Shown here: positions 53,401 to 63,324 of the stretch, in pieces
Layout: each line of letters opens with the position of its first letter
Position numbering within the stretch: the stretch's first letter is position 1
Assembly: GCA_047967505.1 (NCBI GenBank)
Contig: CM106538.1
DNA from: Dipteris shenzhenensis
Lineage: Eukaryota
Direction: 5' to 3' (one strand)
DNA: 64,000 nucleotides
Made by a program: the position numbers and the translations under genes
The notes under the pieces: model-generated
Database searches by the model: none
What the model was told of the DNA's origin: nothing
The model's input: the letters and a program-made list of their open reading frames with translations, nothing else

Positions 53401-56400
53401 TATAATGTCCAAGTTCTTTTTAAACACACACCTTGGAAAACTTCTCTTTTGAGGACTTGAATCTAAATAAACTCCATTATATACAACTTAAAACTTCGTT
53501 GATCACTTCTTAAAACTAAAAGCTTCCTTTCAAAGCAAAAAACTCTATCTATATAAGGAACTCTTGATTTCTATTTTTAATTCTCCTTCTCTTGACAAGG
53601 TAGTTGAACTCAATTTTGAAGTCTCTTGAAGTAATGGATCCTCTTCTTGATTATGTGAGAAGAATTTGGAAGCATCCAGTAGTAGCTTGGAAGTATGTAA
53701 AAACTTTAGGATAAAAGGCTTTCAACTATGAAGAGAGAGGCAAAAGGCTTTCAAAGCATTCAAAACCGTCTATACTTAGAGAACCTTGTTGTTGTAAAAG
53801 TAAGAGATTCCAATGCTTTATTCACATGATACTTCAATTTGCTTTCTTGTAACTTAAGAGACCTTTTCATGAAAGGCATGAAATTTTGATCATACTCTTG
53901 GAAAGAGTCTTACCTTTTAAAAGCTAATGATAAGGGAATCTCAAAGTTTGCTTTGCAAATAGAAGAAAGTTTAGGAGTTCAAAATATCTTATCAAAATGG
54001 AAAGGGAAGACTTTGAAGAGAGTTGCTTTGAAACTAGAATAAATCCCTTCATTGAATTGCTCAAAGCAAAGTAACCATCTTTCTAAAGAAGATAAAACGC
54101 TTCGTCAAAAAAATTCCATAGGAAATTTGTCATATCAAATGTTCTAATAACTTTGTCTTTATTTACAAAAGTTTTACTTAGATTGTCTTTTGAGAGAAGT
54201 GAACTCGCCTGCCAAAACTTACGCTCCTTAGTTTCTCAAAAGGATCTGATCTCAAAACACCAGAGTTTTTGCAAGTCTTCAAGGTTTGTTTGCAATCCAA
54301 GTATTCCTTTTCCCTTTGTCCTCCTTGGAGTTTCACAAAACTCCAAAAAAGCCAAGATTTATTATAGCTGCTTGTGAGACTACTTTAACAGATGTCTCTA
54401 AATGGATAAGCTACAGCTTTTTTTTTTTGGGCAAAGAAAGGAACCTTCTATTAATGCTTGAAAAACTTCATACAAAGCAACAGCCCCGAAGGTGCTGAGT
54501 ATGGAAGAAACCAATAAAGACTGAAAGAAGAAAACCAGCCTATTCCAGATAAACCCATCTCACTACTTAGGGAATCTCTGGTATAGGGGCTAACAGCCAA
54601 GTGGGGGGACTATACAACCAGCGAATCCCTCGCAGAGTGAATATGTAGAAAACTCCTGCAGGCCAAGTCTTGCAGAAACGTGCGCGCCTCGCGACAGCCG
54701 CCCTAGAGCCTGGGGTCCCACGCTCCTAGGTGGAGTGCAGGGTATATATGATATCCTACCAAATGTCGATCAAGGTAGCCGAGGGTGGAACCTGATGCTC
54801 ACCCATCACCAGACTACAGCGAGCAACCCAAATATTCCACGCCGTGATGCTGGCACTACCTTCCACAGGCTATCCTCCAGAAGGGGAATGAGAATCCCGG
54901 CTATCAAGAGGGACTGCCTCATGGAGCTTTATCCTCTGAATGCTTTGACCTTGTATCCGGAAAGCTGGAGAGACCTTATCAATCTGGAACACGTGACCTC
55001 CCTCAGTCAACTAGGCCACCATCCCCCAGGTTTAGTCCCTTTGAAGGGAGTTCATGCGTGTCATAATCCTAAGGGATCCCATCCAGATCCTCTCTGCATT
55101 ATGACCACTCCAAAGACAGTGAGGGATCATCTCCAGAACATTAGCAGAGCAACAGTGACACTGCCCCTGCACTCGCATCTGCTCCAACCACGGGCCTATG
55201 GGCAAGCCTCCATGGGGAGCCAGCTCTAAAAAGTAGGAGATCTTCCTCAACCGCAAATTGGACCATAGGCGCGTCCAAAACTTGGAACATGCCTCTTGAG
55301 GCACCCTCTGGGTCACCCAATGCCTCTCCCTCGAAGGGGTCCATGTCAAAAAGTCCATCTGAAGCCTCCTGCCAATTCGAGTGGTATAGGAAAATTGTCC
55401 ACCTGCTCAGTAAGTCCGATCCTGGAAGGCCAAAATCACTCACCCGGATCCCATTGTACCTCCCTCAGGGGCCTACCTTCCCAAAGCCAGAGGCGCTATC
55501 TGGGGTCATCCTGCTCTTGGATGCTGGGAGGATCAATGTGCCACTCCTTCCCCACTTAGCCCACAACTGTGATCATCTGCCAATGAATCCCATCCAGACT
55601 CCCGTTCATCTCTGGGTCTCTCTCAGTGAGTGCTTGAAGTAGGCCTCTAGGCCCTACACGGAAGAAACCAGGTTGCTTGCTGCCTTGCTGAATCATCATC
55701 CTCAAAGGGACCCTAGTCCGAGAAAATGACCCAACCAAACTGCTGTCCATCCACATGTTAAGTCCCTCCCAACTGCTGAAAAGCATTTTTAAGGGCATCC
55801 CATTCGGTAAATGTTTATTATCTTGCTGCATGCAGTAGTACACGGTGGTCCCATTCAGACCAAACGGGAATAGGTCAAACAAGTCATTGTCCATCGTGAC
55901 ACAATTCACCATGCACACAGATTCAAACTCCATAACATGGGTGTTAGGAACCAGGGTTCTTCTCTTTCTTACCCTCGTAGTGGGGTAAATGCACCTCAAT
56001 CATCACATGACGCCGGGGAAAATCCACCATATTACCAATTTGGTCAGCTTGAATTCCTGTGTCGTAGAAGTACAAACTCTGTTACCGTAGGTGTTTGTGC
56101 CATTTTGCTGGCTGATTGCATTGCGATCGCACTCTAGTCTAGTCAGTAGAGATCAACAGAGATATTCTTCGTCCTAGGGATGACACTTTGTCATCAACTC
56201 CCAATTCCTCCTTTGGTGTATTAGCTGATCTTCCCCAGTAGGATCACCACAAAGTGTTGGTAATAAACTGCCACTTAGATCCTAGATCTAACAAGGAACA
56301 ATGTTTGTGTACACACACAGAATTGAAAGAATGATTGCAGCATCATCAACATATTAAGAACAAATAAATTTCCTAGAACTAAATTATAACGACAATTCAG

Positions 56401-58434
56401 AGTATTAATATGGAAAGAGTAACTTTATTCATGAGGATATAGCACGTAGCTCTCTTCTGTAAACTATAGTCTATTATCTTAGAGTCCGAATTCAGAAATA
56501 TTAATTTTCATGATGATAGGGGACATAGCTTGCTGCTGTAGACAATAACTTTCTCTCATACACGGACATACACTACACACCATATCCTTATTGTTTCCTT
56601 GCTTGCAAATATACACCCAAATGGCCTTTTACATGCATTCTAGGGACTGAACACATTCCTCCATTTCTCCCACTAGACCATTTGTTACAGCGTTTCATAT
56701 ATAAAGAATAATGCAATTTCAAATCTAAATCCTCTCATTAGCAATTGCGACAGGTACGACCTTTAGAACGAGCATGACACTTCTTACACTCCCAAGGTTC
56801 ATACCTAGGGCAAATGTTGACTTTGCGATCAACAAGATTTATTGCCCCAACAGGCAGAGAAACATCCCAGCCCAAATACCCCTTGATACAACGATTAAAT
56901 GCTAGACTCAATTTGATGACACATCCGGAAGTGAAGGTAAAAGAGTGATCCCTTTCCCTCTATTGCATACGTGCTAGCAACACATTTTGTTCTCAAGGAA
57001 CACATGACAAAACCTGTGAAACTTAATGTATATCTGAATGACTGGTTTCTAGGTTTACTAAGAGCTCAAAAGGATTTTTAACTGCAGCATCATTTTCAGA
57101 GTGGCTTCAATTTGATCTAAGGTGTTGGCAAGATGAGTGGGGTAGATTTTGCTTCGCTAATGGAAAGTTTCAGTCAAGGTTGCGAGGAAGCTTATGTGCC
57201 TTGGACATGAGGTCCCACTTGCGCAAAGTCCATCGGCATGGACACAATTTAGGAGGATTTATCTAATTGGAATAAATGCTAGGCTCCGTGGGGAACTTGC
57301 TGCAAGAGTTGTTGCACAACAGTCTGTTGGTTGCTTCTATGCTTGGGTTGGCAGCATGGTCAGAAGCAGAACAAAGATTTTGTGTGAGACGTTCAAAGAG
57401 GAATCTCGTAGTGTATACACATTTCTGTCCAAAAGACTTTCAATTCAACAGGAACTTCAGTATGTGCAGGCCCTAGGAAATGTGGTTCTGAATTTCTTAA
57501 TGACTTCATCAGTTATATTAAACCCTATTGAGAAAAATAACATTAATGTCACTTGAGGAACTATGACATGGAAGCGCACTACAATGATGTGCAACAACCA
57601 CCCTCATTGGTCTAAAAGTTTTTAGTCAAGGGGGGCATAAATATGTATACCACCACACAAATCGACCACATATTGTTGGGTTGAGCTTATTTTGTGTTTT
57701 GCAGGCTCAAGCCTTTGCTGAAGCAACACGCTTTCCGGGAGGTAAAAATATGTCTGATTGCTAAGATAATTTAAAATTTTCTTGGCTGAGTAATAAATTA
57801 GCTCCAAAACTTCATAAAAAAACAAGTAGTTTCATGCATTAAAATTCATCCTAATGATATTTACTTTTAGATTAAAAAACTGAGATGTTTTCTGCACAAG
57901 GCAATTCATAGTTTGAGGATTCACTTGGTCCTTTTGTATATTGTATATTTCTTTCAGAGGTTTATGCTGATCCAAGTCACTCAACCCACGACGCATTGGA
58001 GTTTGTCTCTGGGATTGGCTCGACAATTTCTCCAACGGTGCTAATCCAAGATAATTGTTTTTAAAAAATAGGATTCTGCACAAATTCTCATTCTTTGCTA
58101 CTTGATGTCTTTTGGTCCTTTTTCCTTTCAAAAGGATTGAATTCTGTTCTTACACTTCCTAAATTCATGGAGAAGCTAGGGCACCTCAACTTGCCCCAAA
58201 AGGAGTGTGAGAATCTGTAAGGGCAATGTGTACTATGATAAATTATGATGGTGTGTCCTGAAGCATGACCTAACAACTAGGCATGCTTTTTACTAGATCT
58301 AGCTACTGTAGAAAGTTAACGCTGACATTTCCTTTGTAACAGACCGGTATGAGGATTCTATCTGCCCTTTATGAAGGCTATCGACAAGATTGGGGCCTCT
58401 CATTTCAGAAGGATACAGTCTCTAAAGGTGGCTG
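18796..58434 (+). CDS. AAED1: Chloroplast thioredoxin-like / AhpC-TSA antioxidant protein (AAED1/PRXL2C family), exons 1-7; 3' exon(s) not found in window
   Basis: Spliced translation: transit-peptide-like N-terminus, then [39 protein letters not shown]...[26 protein letters not shown]...[22 protein letters not shown]. All junctions are GT-AG and in phase. Confidence 0.9.
19235..19368. repeat. ~70-bp imperfect tandem duplication in intron 1
   Basis: TAATAAkGAGTGTmTACTTyTCTGAAGTAGyAACACTGAAG...GTCTGCTGTA occurs twice. Confidence 0.8.
20149..20845. repeat. ~140-bp dispersed direct repeat (about 20149-20293 and 20704-20845), origin unknown
   Basis: CTTTAAA-CTGCCTT...AACAAACCACCAGGTGCACCTTTG...ACGGTGAACC occurs in both places. 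Confidence 0.75.
20881..21890 (+). mobile_element. Truncated Ty1/copia: LTR 20881-21223, PBS-Met 21226-21237, gag start at 21842
   Basis: TG...CA LTR, TGGTATCAGAGC, and [15 protein letters not shown] followed by truncation; a partial copy of this LTR lies at ~24225-24365. Confidence 0.75.
22791..24207 (+). mobile_element. Truncated Ty1/copia: LTR 22791-23522, PBS-Met 23523-23534, gag fragment 23593-24207
   Basis: TG...CA followed by [30 protein letters not shown]...[12 protein letters not shown]...MLLEE (UBN2-type gag). Confidence 0.85.
24225..24365 (+). mobile_element. Partial LTR matching the 20881-21223 LTR
   Basis: TATTCTAGTGTCTAGTGTCTAGATTATATGAGGCTGTACTTG...TTCAGTTCTTTCCAT is shared with 20986-21122. 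Confidence 0.85.
24430..24845 (-). mobile_element. Non-LTR retrotransposon RT fragment
   Basis: [16 protein letters not shown]...[19 protein letters not shown]. Confidence 0.8.
26640..29480 (-). mobile_element. L1-type LINE ORF2 (RT and zf-RVT), 5'-truncated and decayed
   Basis: [35 protein letters not shown]...HLFLTC. Confidence 0.92.
27254..27817. mobile_element. Non-autonomous hAT-type element (564 bp) inserted in the LINE
   Basis: Perfect 8-bp TSD GCATCCCT (27246-27253 and 27818-27825), TIRs CATGGTTGT-AAG / CTTAACAACCATG, subterminal AGACACG/CGTGTCT motifs. Confidence 0.9.
30544..30679 (+). CDS. AAED1: AAED1-like exon 2
   Basis: CAG|AAGCACC...CACTTTGG|GTATTG; encodes [17 protein letters not shown]. 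Confidence 0.92.
30765..30810 (+). CDS. AAED1: AAED1-like exon 3 (CxxC motif)
   Basis: TAG|GTGCATACTATGT...CGCAAG|GTATCT; encodes [15 protein letters not shown]. Confidence 0.92.
30941..31000 (+). CDS. AAED1: AAED1-like exon 4
   Basis: CAG|GCTGAC...GAACAG|GTACAT; encodes [20 protein letters not shown]. Confidence 0.92.
31240..36757 (+). mobile_element. L1-type LINE, 5' part (ORF1, APE endonuclease, RT start)
   Basis: ORF1 zinc knuckle [14 protein letters not shown] (~33486); EN motifs WIVGGDFN and SDRSPI; RT motifs DGLTPTFF and [16 protein letters not shown]. Confidence 0.85.
32352..33292 (+). mobile_element. TRIM (941 bp): LTRs 32352-32651 and 32985-33292, 333-bp non-coding interior
   Basis: Direct repeats ending CTCCAACA, PBS-like AGGTATCAGAG, purine tract before the 3' LTR, TSD CTAAG/CCAAG; removing it rejoins the LINE ORF1 reading VCPSK|GGFWHSV. 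Confidence 0.85.
36758..40782 (-). mobile_element. Ty3/gypsy chromovirus A, 3' half (RT end, RNase H, integrase, chromodomain, PPT, 3' LTR 36758-38618)
   Basis: EIHYLGH, YEKELLA, ADALSR, HPQTDGQ, YYGPF, chromodomain YLLKFRG...QWM; PPT AAGACAGAGGGAA abuts the TGTCA LTR. Confidence 0.92.
40783..47828 (+). mobile_element. Ty3/gypsy chromovirus B: 5' LTR ~40783-41628, PBS-Met 41630-41641, gag-pol; 3' LTR missing
   Basis: TG start, TGGTATCAGAGC, long gag-pol ORF, chromodomain YLVKFKNY...AKWM, then an abrupt switch to LINE sequence. Confidence 0.93.
43102..46899 (+). CDS. Gag-Pol polyprotein (gag, zinc knuckle, aspartic protease, RT, RNase H, integrase N-part); continues disrupted to ~47825
   Basis: 1265-aa ORF with [38 protein letters not shown] and IVSDRD. 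Confidence 0.95.
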   Translation: MDQSPIQWDSQDRDVHPRQRSVPQTQQEFEQMVRTRIQEMENLKRDPRAQHLFQAEAMPNPVYDVPMPEAHSRVQPEKERSHRRRSHSKKRSRHHHRSPSPSPSTSSSTSVSSSSLSDKPSRKRRKHKKSRKRKTSKETKEFKEGGKSVKFMTYNGQYGHTDKALQFIRQFDAAFGTEKFLESSKLRMVSLHLTATASAWWSAQTTDGSAPRKWKDFKKALYQQFMPKQFRDHVLQDWDSLHMDAGDTVDVYNQKFWDAYLQVAPFKKISKGTQMRKYRAGLTPRIQAVVNALGAKNIQDLMHSASVASLVPLQDPSTVPSLHARRVDKKKTDFSKSEKKEYPKAEKKGFQPQKPRGTQFSRTCKGKSLFTPEQIAEFRRDGKRFRCGKEGHVAAQCPEKPPTSKGKEAEKPRGPQKPMAGGIPDILGHALNPEEQELLLSWGKVRDQQALILFDSGATDNFISEDLALRLGIKTEELGRALDADQMFCGNPVPVTPLIGKLRLYVQSYVDQEDFFISPLKHYDVVLGMPWFHRKAVKLTLPERVLEFVHRGKNQRLIARNKGDTIPIVSDVSCGKAIKCAISAYMVFVKEKGNEMHAEMNDADKDKFQFLVNFKDCVSDALPGELPPERPEDHQIELMPGSEPPNRPPYRVSATQREEIMAQVQDLLSKGLIQPSSSPFCSPVLLVQKKDGSFRMCVDYRALNKMTIKNRFPIPRIDDVLDQLNGASVFSRIDLNSGYHQVRIQPQDVHKTAFRTTFGLYEYLVMPFGLTNAPATFNRMMDRIFRKYRHFTGTFFDDILVFSKTEEEHREHLAIVFQELRNHQLYANSKKSEFFLEEIHYLGHVISKNGIQMDPAKIRAIQEWPELKTVHEVRSFLGLCSYYRRFIRHFADIAAPLHDLTKKNAAFTWGLSQKKVFNTLKEKLTTEPILVVPDLYQSFDVDCDACGECVGAALHQNGHVVAYESRRLRDAERYLGIYEKELLAVIHAIHTWKHYLLGADFIVKTDHQSLRYFLTQTKLSEKHMKWANMLSMYHFQIVHTPGIRNRVADALSRRPQVNNVTIAYHQDLGGMRDQYAHDSDFGEILQQMQEGQSTNHYSLKDGYLMKDDCLCITQEMRKKILGECHAPPYAGPRGITATTLALERYFFWPGMRKDIHQFVTKCLTCQKVKYDRRKAPGLLMPLPVPQAPWESITMDFIFDLPRSKSGNDGIWTIIDRFSKQAHFIPVRKTIKADHMAKLFMAQIFKHHGMPKSIVSDRDPRMTNLF
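47829..49075 (+). mobile_element. L1-type LINE ORF2 3' part, probable continuation of 31240-36757
   Basis: zf-RVT-like CARC...[10 protein letters not shown]; similar to the minus-strand LINE at 54418-55640. Confidence 0.75.
49183..51991 (-). mobile_element. Complete gag-only copia-type LTR element (TR-GAG-like, 2809 bp)
   Basis: Near-identical LTRs 49183-49478 and 51699-51991, perfect TSD AGCTT, PBS-Met 51685-51696, PPT 49479-49489, no pol. Confidence 0.95.
49846..50734 (-). pseudogene. Copia-type Gag (288 aa once a 22-nt duplication at 50511-50554 is removed)
   Basis: [21 protein letters not shown]...LFKLKM...CNYCQKLGH...DEEWAF*. Confidence 0.9.
52758..54417 (+). mobile_element. Degraded Penelope-like element with N-terminal GIY-YIG endonuclease, CxC linker and RT N-terminus (Chlamys/Naiad type)
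   Basis: [28 protein letters not shown] (52853-), [38 protein letters not shown] (53781), [46 protein letters not shown]. Confidence 0.75.
54418..55640 (-). mobile_element. L1-type LINE 3' end with poly(A) tail; truncates the PLE
   Basis: T-run at 54418-54428; KFWTRLWS...[21 protein letters not shown]. Confidence 0.8.
55770..56080 (-). mobile_element. Probable Ty3/gypsy gag relic
   Basis: [11 protein letters not shown]...LFPFGLNG... followed by a DALKNAF-like motif in an adjacent frame. Confidence 0.45.
57705..57741 (+). CDS. AAED1: AAED1-like exon 5
   Basis: CAG|GCTCAA...GGAG|GTAAAA; encodes [12 protein letters not shown]. Confidence 0.9.
57958..58037 (+). CDS. AAED1: AAED1-like exon 6
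   Basis: CAG|AGGTTTATGCTGATCCA...ACG|GTGCTA; encodes [19 protein letters not shown]. Confidence 0.92.
58343..58434 (+). CDS. AAED1: AAED1-like exon 7
   Basis: CAG|ACCGGT...GGCTG|GTAAGA; encodes [22 protein letters not shown]. Confidence 0.92.
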
Positions 58435-59049
58435 GTAAGAGTCTGCTGATGAAAAGGAAGGTTAAGCTTGATTGTCATGAATATGGTGCTATGTCAATAG
58501 ATAGGATCATTTGAATGAAATAAAAATCGCAGTTGCAATTTGTGAGAAATGTGTCAGATTTCTACAAAATGCAGAGTCAGAAATAAGACAGGCTTTGTAT
58601 ACCTTAGGTTGCTCTTTGTATTCGTCTGTAAAATTTTTCATTTACAATTTTATCTGCGTGTTGGTATTTTTGGAGTGAGAAGGAGGGGATCAATACCACA
58701 AGGTTTTCCCTAATATTTTCATCAGACAAGAGAATTAAGAGTAATTTTATTTTGGTCGGTCGTAGGAATCTTCAACTTGTAATAGAGGTTGGAAAGTCTT
58801 GTGAGAGAAGCAAAGGTAGTCCAGATAATCAAAGTAGTCGGTAGAGTCCCTTAAATTTATATAATCCTCCTAGATGAAGACTACATCCACCTAGATTTAT
58901 TCAGAAAAATACCCGTTGGTTGATAGCATGTGTATTGTCTCGAAGCTCAATTTCTAAAAGGACTGAGGGAAGGCAAATAGTTTCTTTTATATTTTATGTA
59001 GGCAAGAGAACAACTAAGGGTGGCCCACGTGTGAAAGCACTCTACGTCT

Positions 59050-60238
59050 TCAGAACTCTCGGTGGGTGCTTGACATTTTCATCAAACATGTGATCAAGTT
59101 TCCCAATGAGAGAAGCAGAGGTAATCTGAAGAGTCAAAGTGGTTGGGTTAGTCACATAACTTCCTAGATACGAAAATATGTCCATGATTTATCATAGATG
59201 CATTCAAAAGCATTCCCATGGATGGTGTTATGAACCGATTGTGAAAAATGCAGCAAATGTGTGTATGATTGAATGCTGGATTCAAAATTTGCAGAACCAT
59301 GAAAAGAGGCTCTTCACTGGGGGAAAAATGCTTTCGTGAGAGGATTTGTTGCTATGTTGATGCCTACGTGCAAGATTTCGTCATCCTTGAGTTTACTCAA
59401 GGACCATAACCCCCTTGGTAGGTGGACCACATGACCTAAATATCACGTTTCTTTGTTGAAGAACACACTCTTCTTAGGATTGAGTGGAAGATGCTTTTTC
59501 TGAAGCAATCTTATAACCTTGCTGAAGGGTTCCTTACATCCTCAGCATCACTAAGAACTCATAATGGCTTGCAGGAATACGAAAGACCATCTTTGTGTGT
59601 CCTCATCTTTCATTCTCACTTGGTGAAAACCAAGATTTAAGATCTAACTTGCTGGAACATTGTATCTGCTTTCAACGTATGAAGTAGACCATCCACTCTT
59701 ATAATCATATAGTGGTTCTTAGCAGCCAATTTATTAAGAGATCTATAATTAATGCACATCCTAACACAATTGCCTTGCTTATTACGAACTAGCAACATTA
59801 ATGGATAACTGCTGGGTCTGATCGATTGCAATCTGTTGCTTGACTTATTCATCTCAAATTTGGTATGGAGCTCTACATGGAGGTGCGGAATTAGATATTG
59901 GTTCTTAGGAATTATCTTTTGGTCGACTAATGGGCGTAACAAAGTTAGAATCATTGACAAAACGATCATCACATGCCTGAAGGAATTTGTGTTTTTTCTT
60001 CTCTTCAGGACTTAAACATTGCTTCCCATCCCTAAGATAGATAGAATGGCAACCTGAACCTTTTTTAAAAGATTGATCCATTTGAGTGGGTTGAATGGGA
60101 AGAATGCCTTTGTCTCCTCGAGTAAGGGTATCCTTCCCTTTATGAATGAAGCTACATTGATGTATATGAGGAGCTACTAGGAAATTTCTTGCATCTTGGT
60201 ACATCTGAACTCTGAAGGGAACTTCTTTTACAATGGAC
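59050..60238 (-). mobile_element. Highly decayed Ty3/gypsy RT relic
   Basis: IRPSSYP...RMCINYRSLNKLAAKNHY...RVDGLL, plus a YLGHVV-like motif near 59430. Confidence 0.8.
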
Positions 60239-60943
60239 TGTCACGAGGTTGTGATTTCTAGCGCATGCATGTCGGCCTGTATGTGGGCAAGACCCTGGGA
60301 AATCAAGGAGCAAGGTCATGGGTTGCTTGGTGTGCTAGAACCCCTAGCAATTAATGCCTTGGGGGTAAAAATTGTGGTTGGGTCCAAAGAGGGGGGAAAA
60401 GTGCCCTAAGGATCCAAGGTTGGGCCATTGGAATGGACCCCTTAGAGGGGGCAAGGGGAAAATGAAAGCATGGCTGCCATGTGGCATGCCCATGCAAATC
60501 AATTTGGCAATGTTGCCCATGGAGGCTCCCAGAAAGAAATACAAAGCAAAAAAACCGTCACGTAAGGACGACTGGGTTGGTTGCTAGGAGAGGGACAGCA
60601 ACATGCAAGCCCACGGGCAAGAGGAAAGGATTCCGTACGAAGTTGATTGCTGGTCATCATGCGAGGGAGTGGCGAACTCGTTGGCTGGTTGTGTGTCCAG
60701 GCTGAGCTCATGGCAGTGTACGGCTGTGTATATAACTTGGTGAGCACAGGTTGTGTACGGAAATGCCATGGACTGTGTACGACTGCTTCGAGCTCATGGC
60801 TGATGTAGTGTACGGTTGCTGGAAGCATTCTTTGGATGGCTTGTACGGGTTGAGTATGAAGCATGTACGGTCAGTGTACGTGTATAAAATGAGGTTGGTA
60901 TGGCACAGGTACGATTGACATGAAGGCTGTGTATTGACATTTG

Positions 60944-63324
60944 TGTTGGAGGAATGATCCTCATAGGAGCATTGTTGTGACTAAGGAACGTGACCAGCAT
61001 TGATTGGAAGGACACTCTTATGAACTCGATTGGGTGACCAATGTGTTGTTTGGCTCGTGATTGGCTCCTTGGACGTAGGAACTGTTGCATGAGCTCCATA
61101 TGGCGGTGCATGGCGGTGCTACAGTGCATGGTGGTGCTTGACCTTCTACATAACTCGACGGGGAACCTGTTGAACGTCTCTTTGTTGTGATCACGAACCT
61201 GAGTGCCGTGAGTCTTTGTCAGTAGACATAGCTATCTGGTAGAGCAGCTGCATATTGATATTAGGGTCCGTTAGTTGAGTCCTACATGGTTGTAATCGCC
61301 GACAAACTTAGTAGAGGTGAGGTGTGATCATAGTTTCGATTTGTGTGTTGATGAACAAGAGTTCTCAGTTACAATTTCGAGTCGTATCTCTTGTCCTTGT
61401 GCTGTGTAAGATTATGGTTGATCATAGTTGATGCTGAATTGTGTATATGTGAAGAGTGGGTCTCTTAGTTGATTTCCACGCAATTATCCAACATTTGGTA
61501 TTAGAGCACGATAGTCTGAGATCCTGTGAGCAATATGAGTGTTGAGAAAGTGAAGGTTTGAGCTTTGTGTGCATGTCGAGGAGGCTCAACAAGAAAGAGG
61601 CAGGAGCACTTGCTTTTCCACGAAGACTCAGGAGACCGAGAAGCAAATCTAGTTGGAGAAAAAGACCTACATTAGTCCTGTTGGCTGAGGCGTGCTTCCA
61701 AGAATCGTTAGGCATTGTTTCACTTGTCCATGGATTCGGTGAAGAAGACAAAGGTGTTCAATGGACGAAATTTTGCGAGGTGGCAACTATCAACGAAGCT
61801 ATGGTTCATGCAGAAGGGATTATGGGGAATTGTTTCTGGCACTGAAAAGGAGACGACCACCGGGGAAGCAGAGAAACATGTTTGGAGAAAAGATAACGAT
61901 AAGGCTATTGGCATGATAGGACGAGCCCTAGGAGAAGATTATTTTCACCACCTCGAGGTCACAAAGTCTGCAGGGTTGGCCAACTGGACAATTCTTGAAG
62001 CCTTGTTCGGGGTTAAGATGTGCCATTCGAAGGCAAACCTGAAGCAACAATTGTATGATCTTCGTATGAATGAAAATGAGGACTTGGCAACATTCTTAAA
62101 CCGTATGCAAGCTCTACTGAAGCAATTACAAGACCTCCGTTCTAAGGTCAAGGATTAGGATCAAAAGGCAATATTGTTGTTGTTGAAGAGTCTCCCCTCC
62201 AGATACAGTGAGACTAGTATCCTCAGATTGGATGATGAAGCTGACTTCATCGATTGCATGGTTTTGCTCATGAGTGAGGAGAAGCGGGAAGAGAACCTTT
62301 TTCCCGGTGATGCTGCATATGCTGTGAAGGACAAGAAGAATGCAACTAGAGATTCAAAAGGAGACACCCGTGCGTGCTATTATTGTGGCAAGCCAGGGCA
62401 GATTGAAAGGCTTTGTGCCAAGAAGCGAGGGACGAGGCAGCGAAACAAGAAAAGAATAAGGCATGTATGATTGAGGAGTCTTCACTAGAGGAGATGGCAG
62501 GTTTAGTAACAGATGATCTACTTGACCAGGATTGGGCGTTCTGAGTTTTTGGGTGTGTTATTGGTCTCAGCATCCTGTTCGTTGTATGTCAAATATGTCT
62601 TGGCTATGATGCCAATACCAAGCTAAGATGCTTGGGAAGTTTTGGTATCGGGCTATGATGCCCAGGTGTGTTTTTGTGGACTTCCACTGCTTCATGAGGC
62701 TTTGATATTGTTTGGTGATAAGTTGTAATGGCAACAAGCCCAGTAGGGATGAGCCAGTTCTGGTTGTGTCTTGTTACTGACTCCCTACTCGGATCAAGGG
62801 AGGGTGTTGGAGGAATGATCCTCATAGGAGCATTGCTTTGACTAAGGTATGTGGCCTGCATTGATTGGAAGTACACTCTTATGAACTCGATTGGGTGATC
62901 AGCGTGTTGTTTGGCTTGTGACTGGCTCCTTGGACCTGGGGACTGTTGCATGAACTCCATATGGCGGTGCTTGACCTTCTACATAACTCGATCGGGAAGC
63001 TGTTGAACATCTCTTTGTCGTGATCACAAGCCTGAGTGCTGTGAGTCTTTGTCAGTCGACATAGCTATCTGGTAGAGCAACTGCATATATATTAGGGTCG
63101 TTAGTTGAGTCCTACATGGTTGTGATCGCCGAAAAACTCATTAGAGGTGAGGGGTGATCACAATTTCGAGTCGTGTGTTGATTAATAAGAGTTCTCAGTT
63201 ACAATTTTGGGTTGTATCGCTTGTCCTTGTGCTCTGTAAGATTCTGGTTGATCATAGTTGATGCTCAATTGTGTATATGTGAAGAGTGGGTCTCTTAGTT
63301 GATTTCCACGCAATTATCCAAACA
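60944..63324 (+). mobile_element. Second gag-only copia-type LTR element (TR-GAG-like, 2381 bp)
   Basis: LTRs 60944-61493 and 62805-63324, PBS TGGTATTAGAGC, PPT AAGGGAGGG, TSD ATTTG/GTTTG. Confidence 0.92.
61730..62544 (+). pseudogene. Copia-type Gag with one stop and a frameshift
   Basis: MDSVKKTKVFNGRNFARW...LKSLPSRY...CYYCGKPG...LDQDWAF*. Confidence 0.85.

Noticed and set aside
56730-57556. 120-aa ORF 57194-57556 ending ...[13 protein letters not shown], faintly like the C-terminus of CRE-type non-LTR elements
   Set aside because: Too degenerate to assign by eye and not needed for the host gene model.
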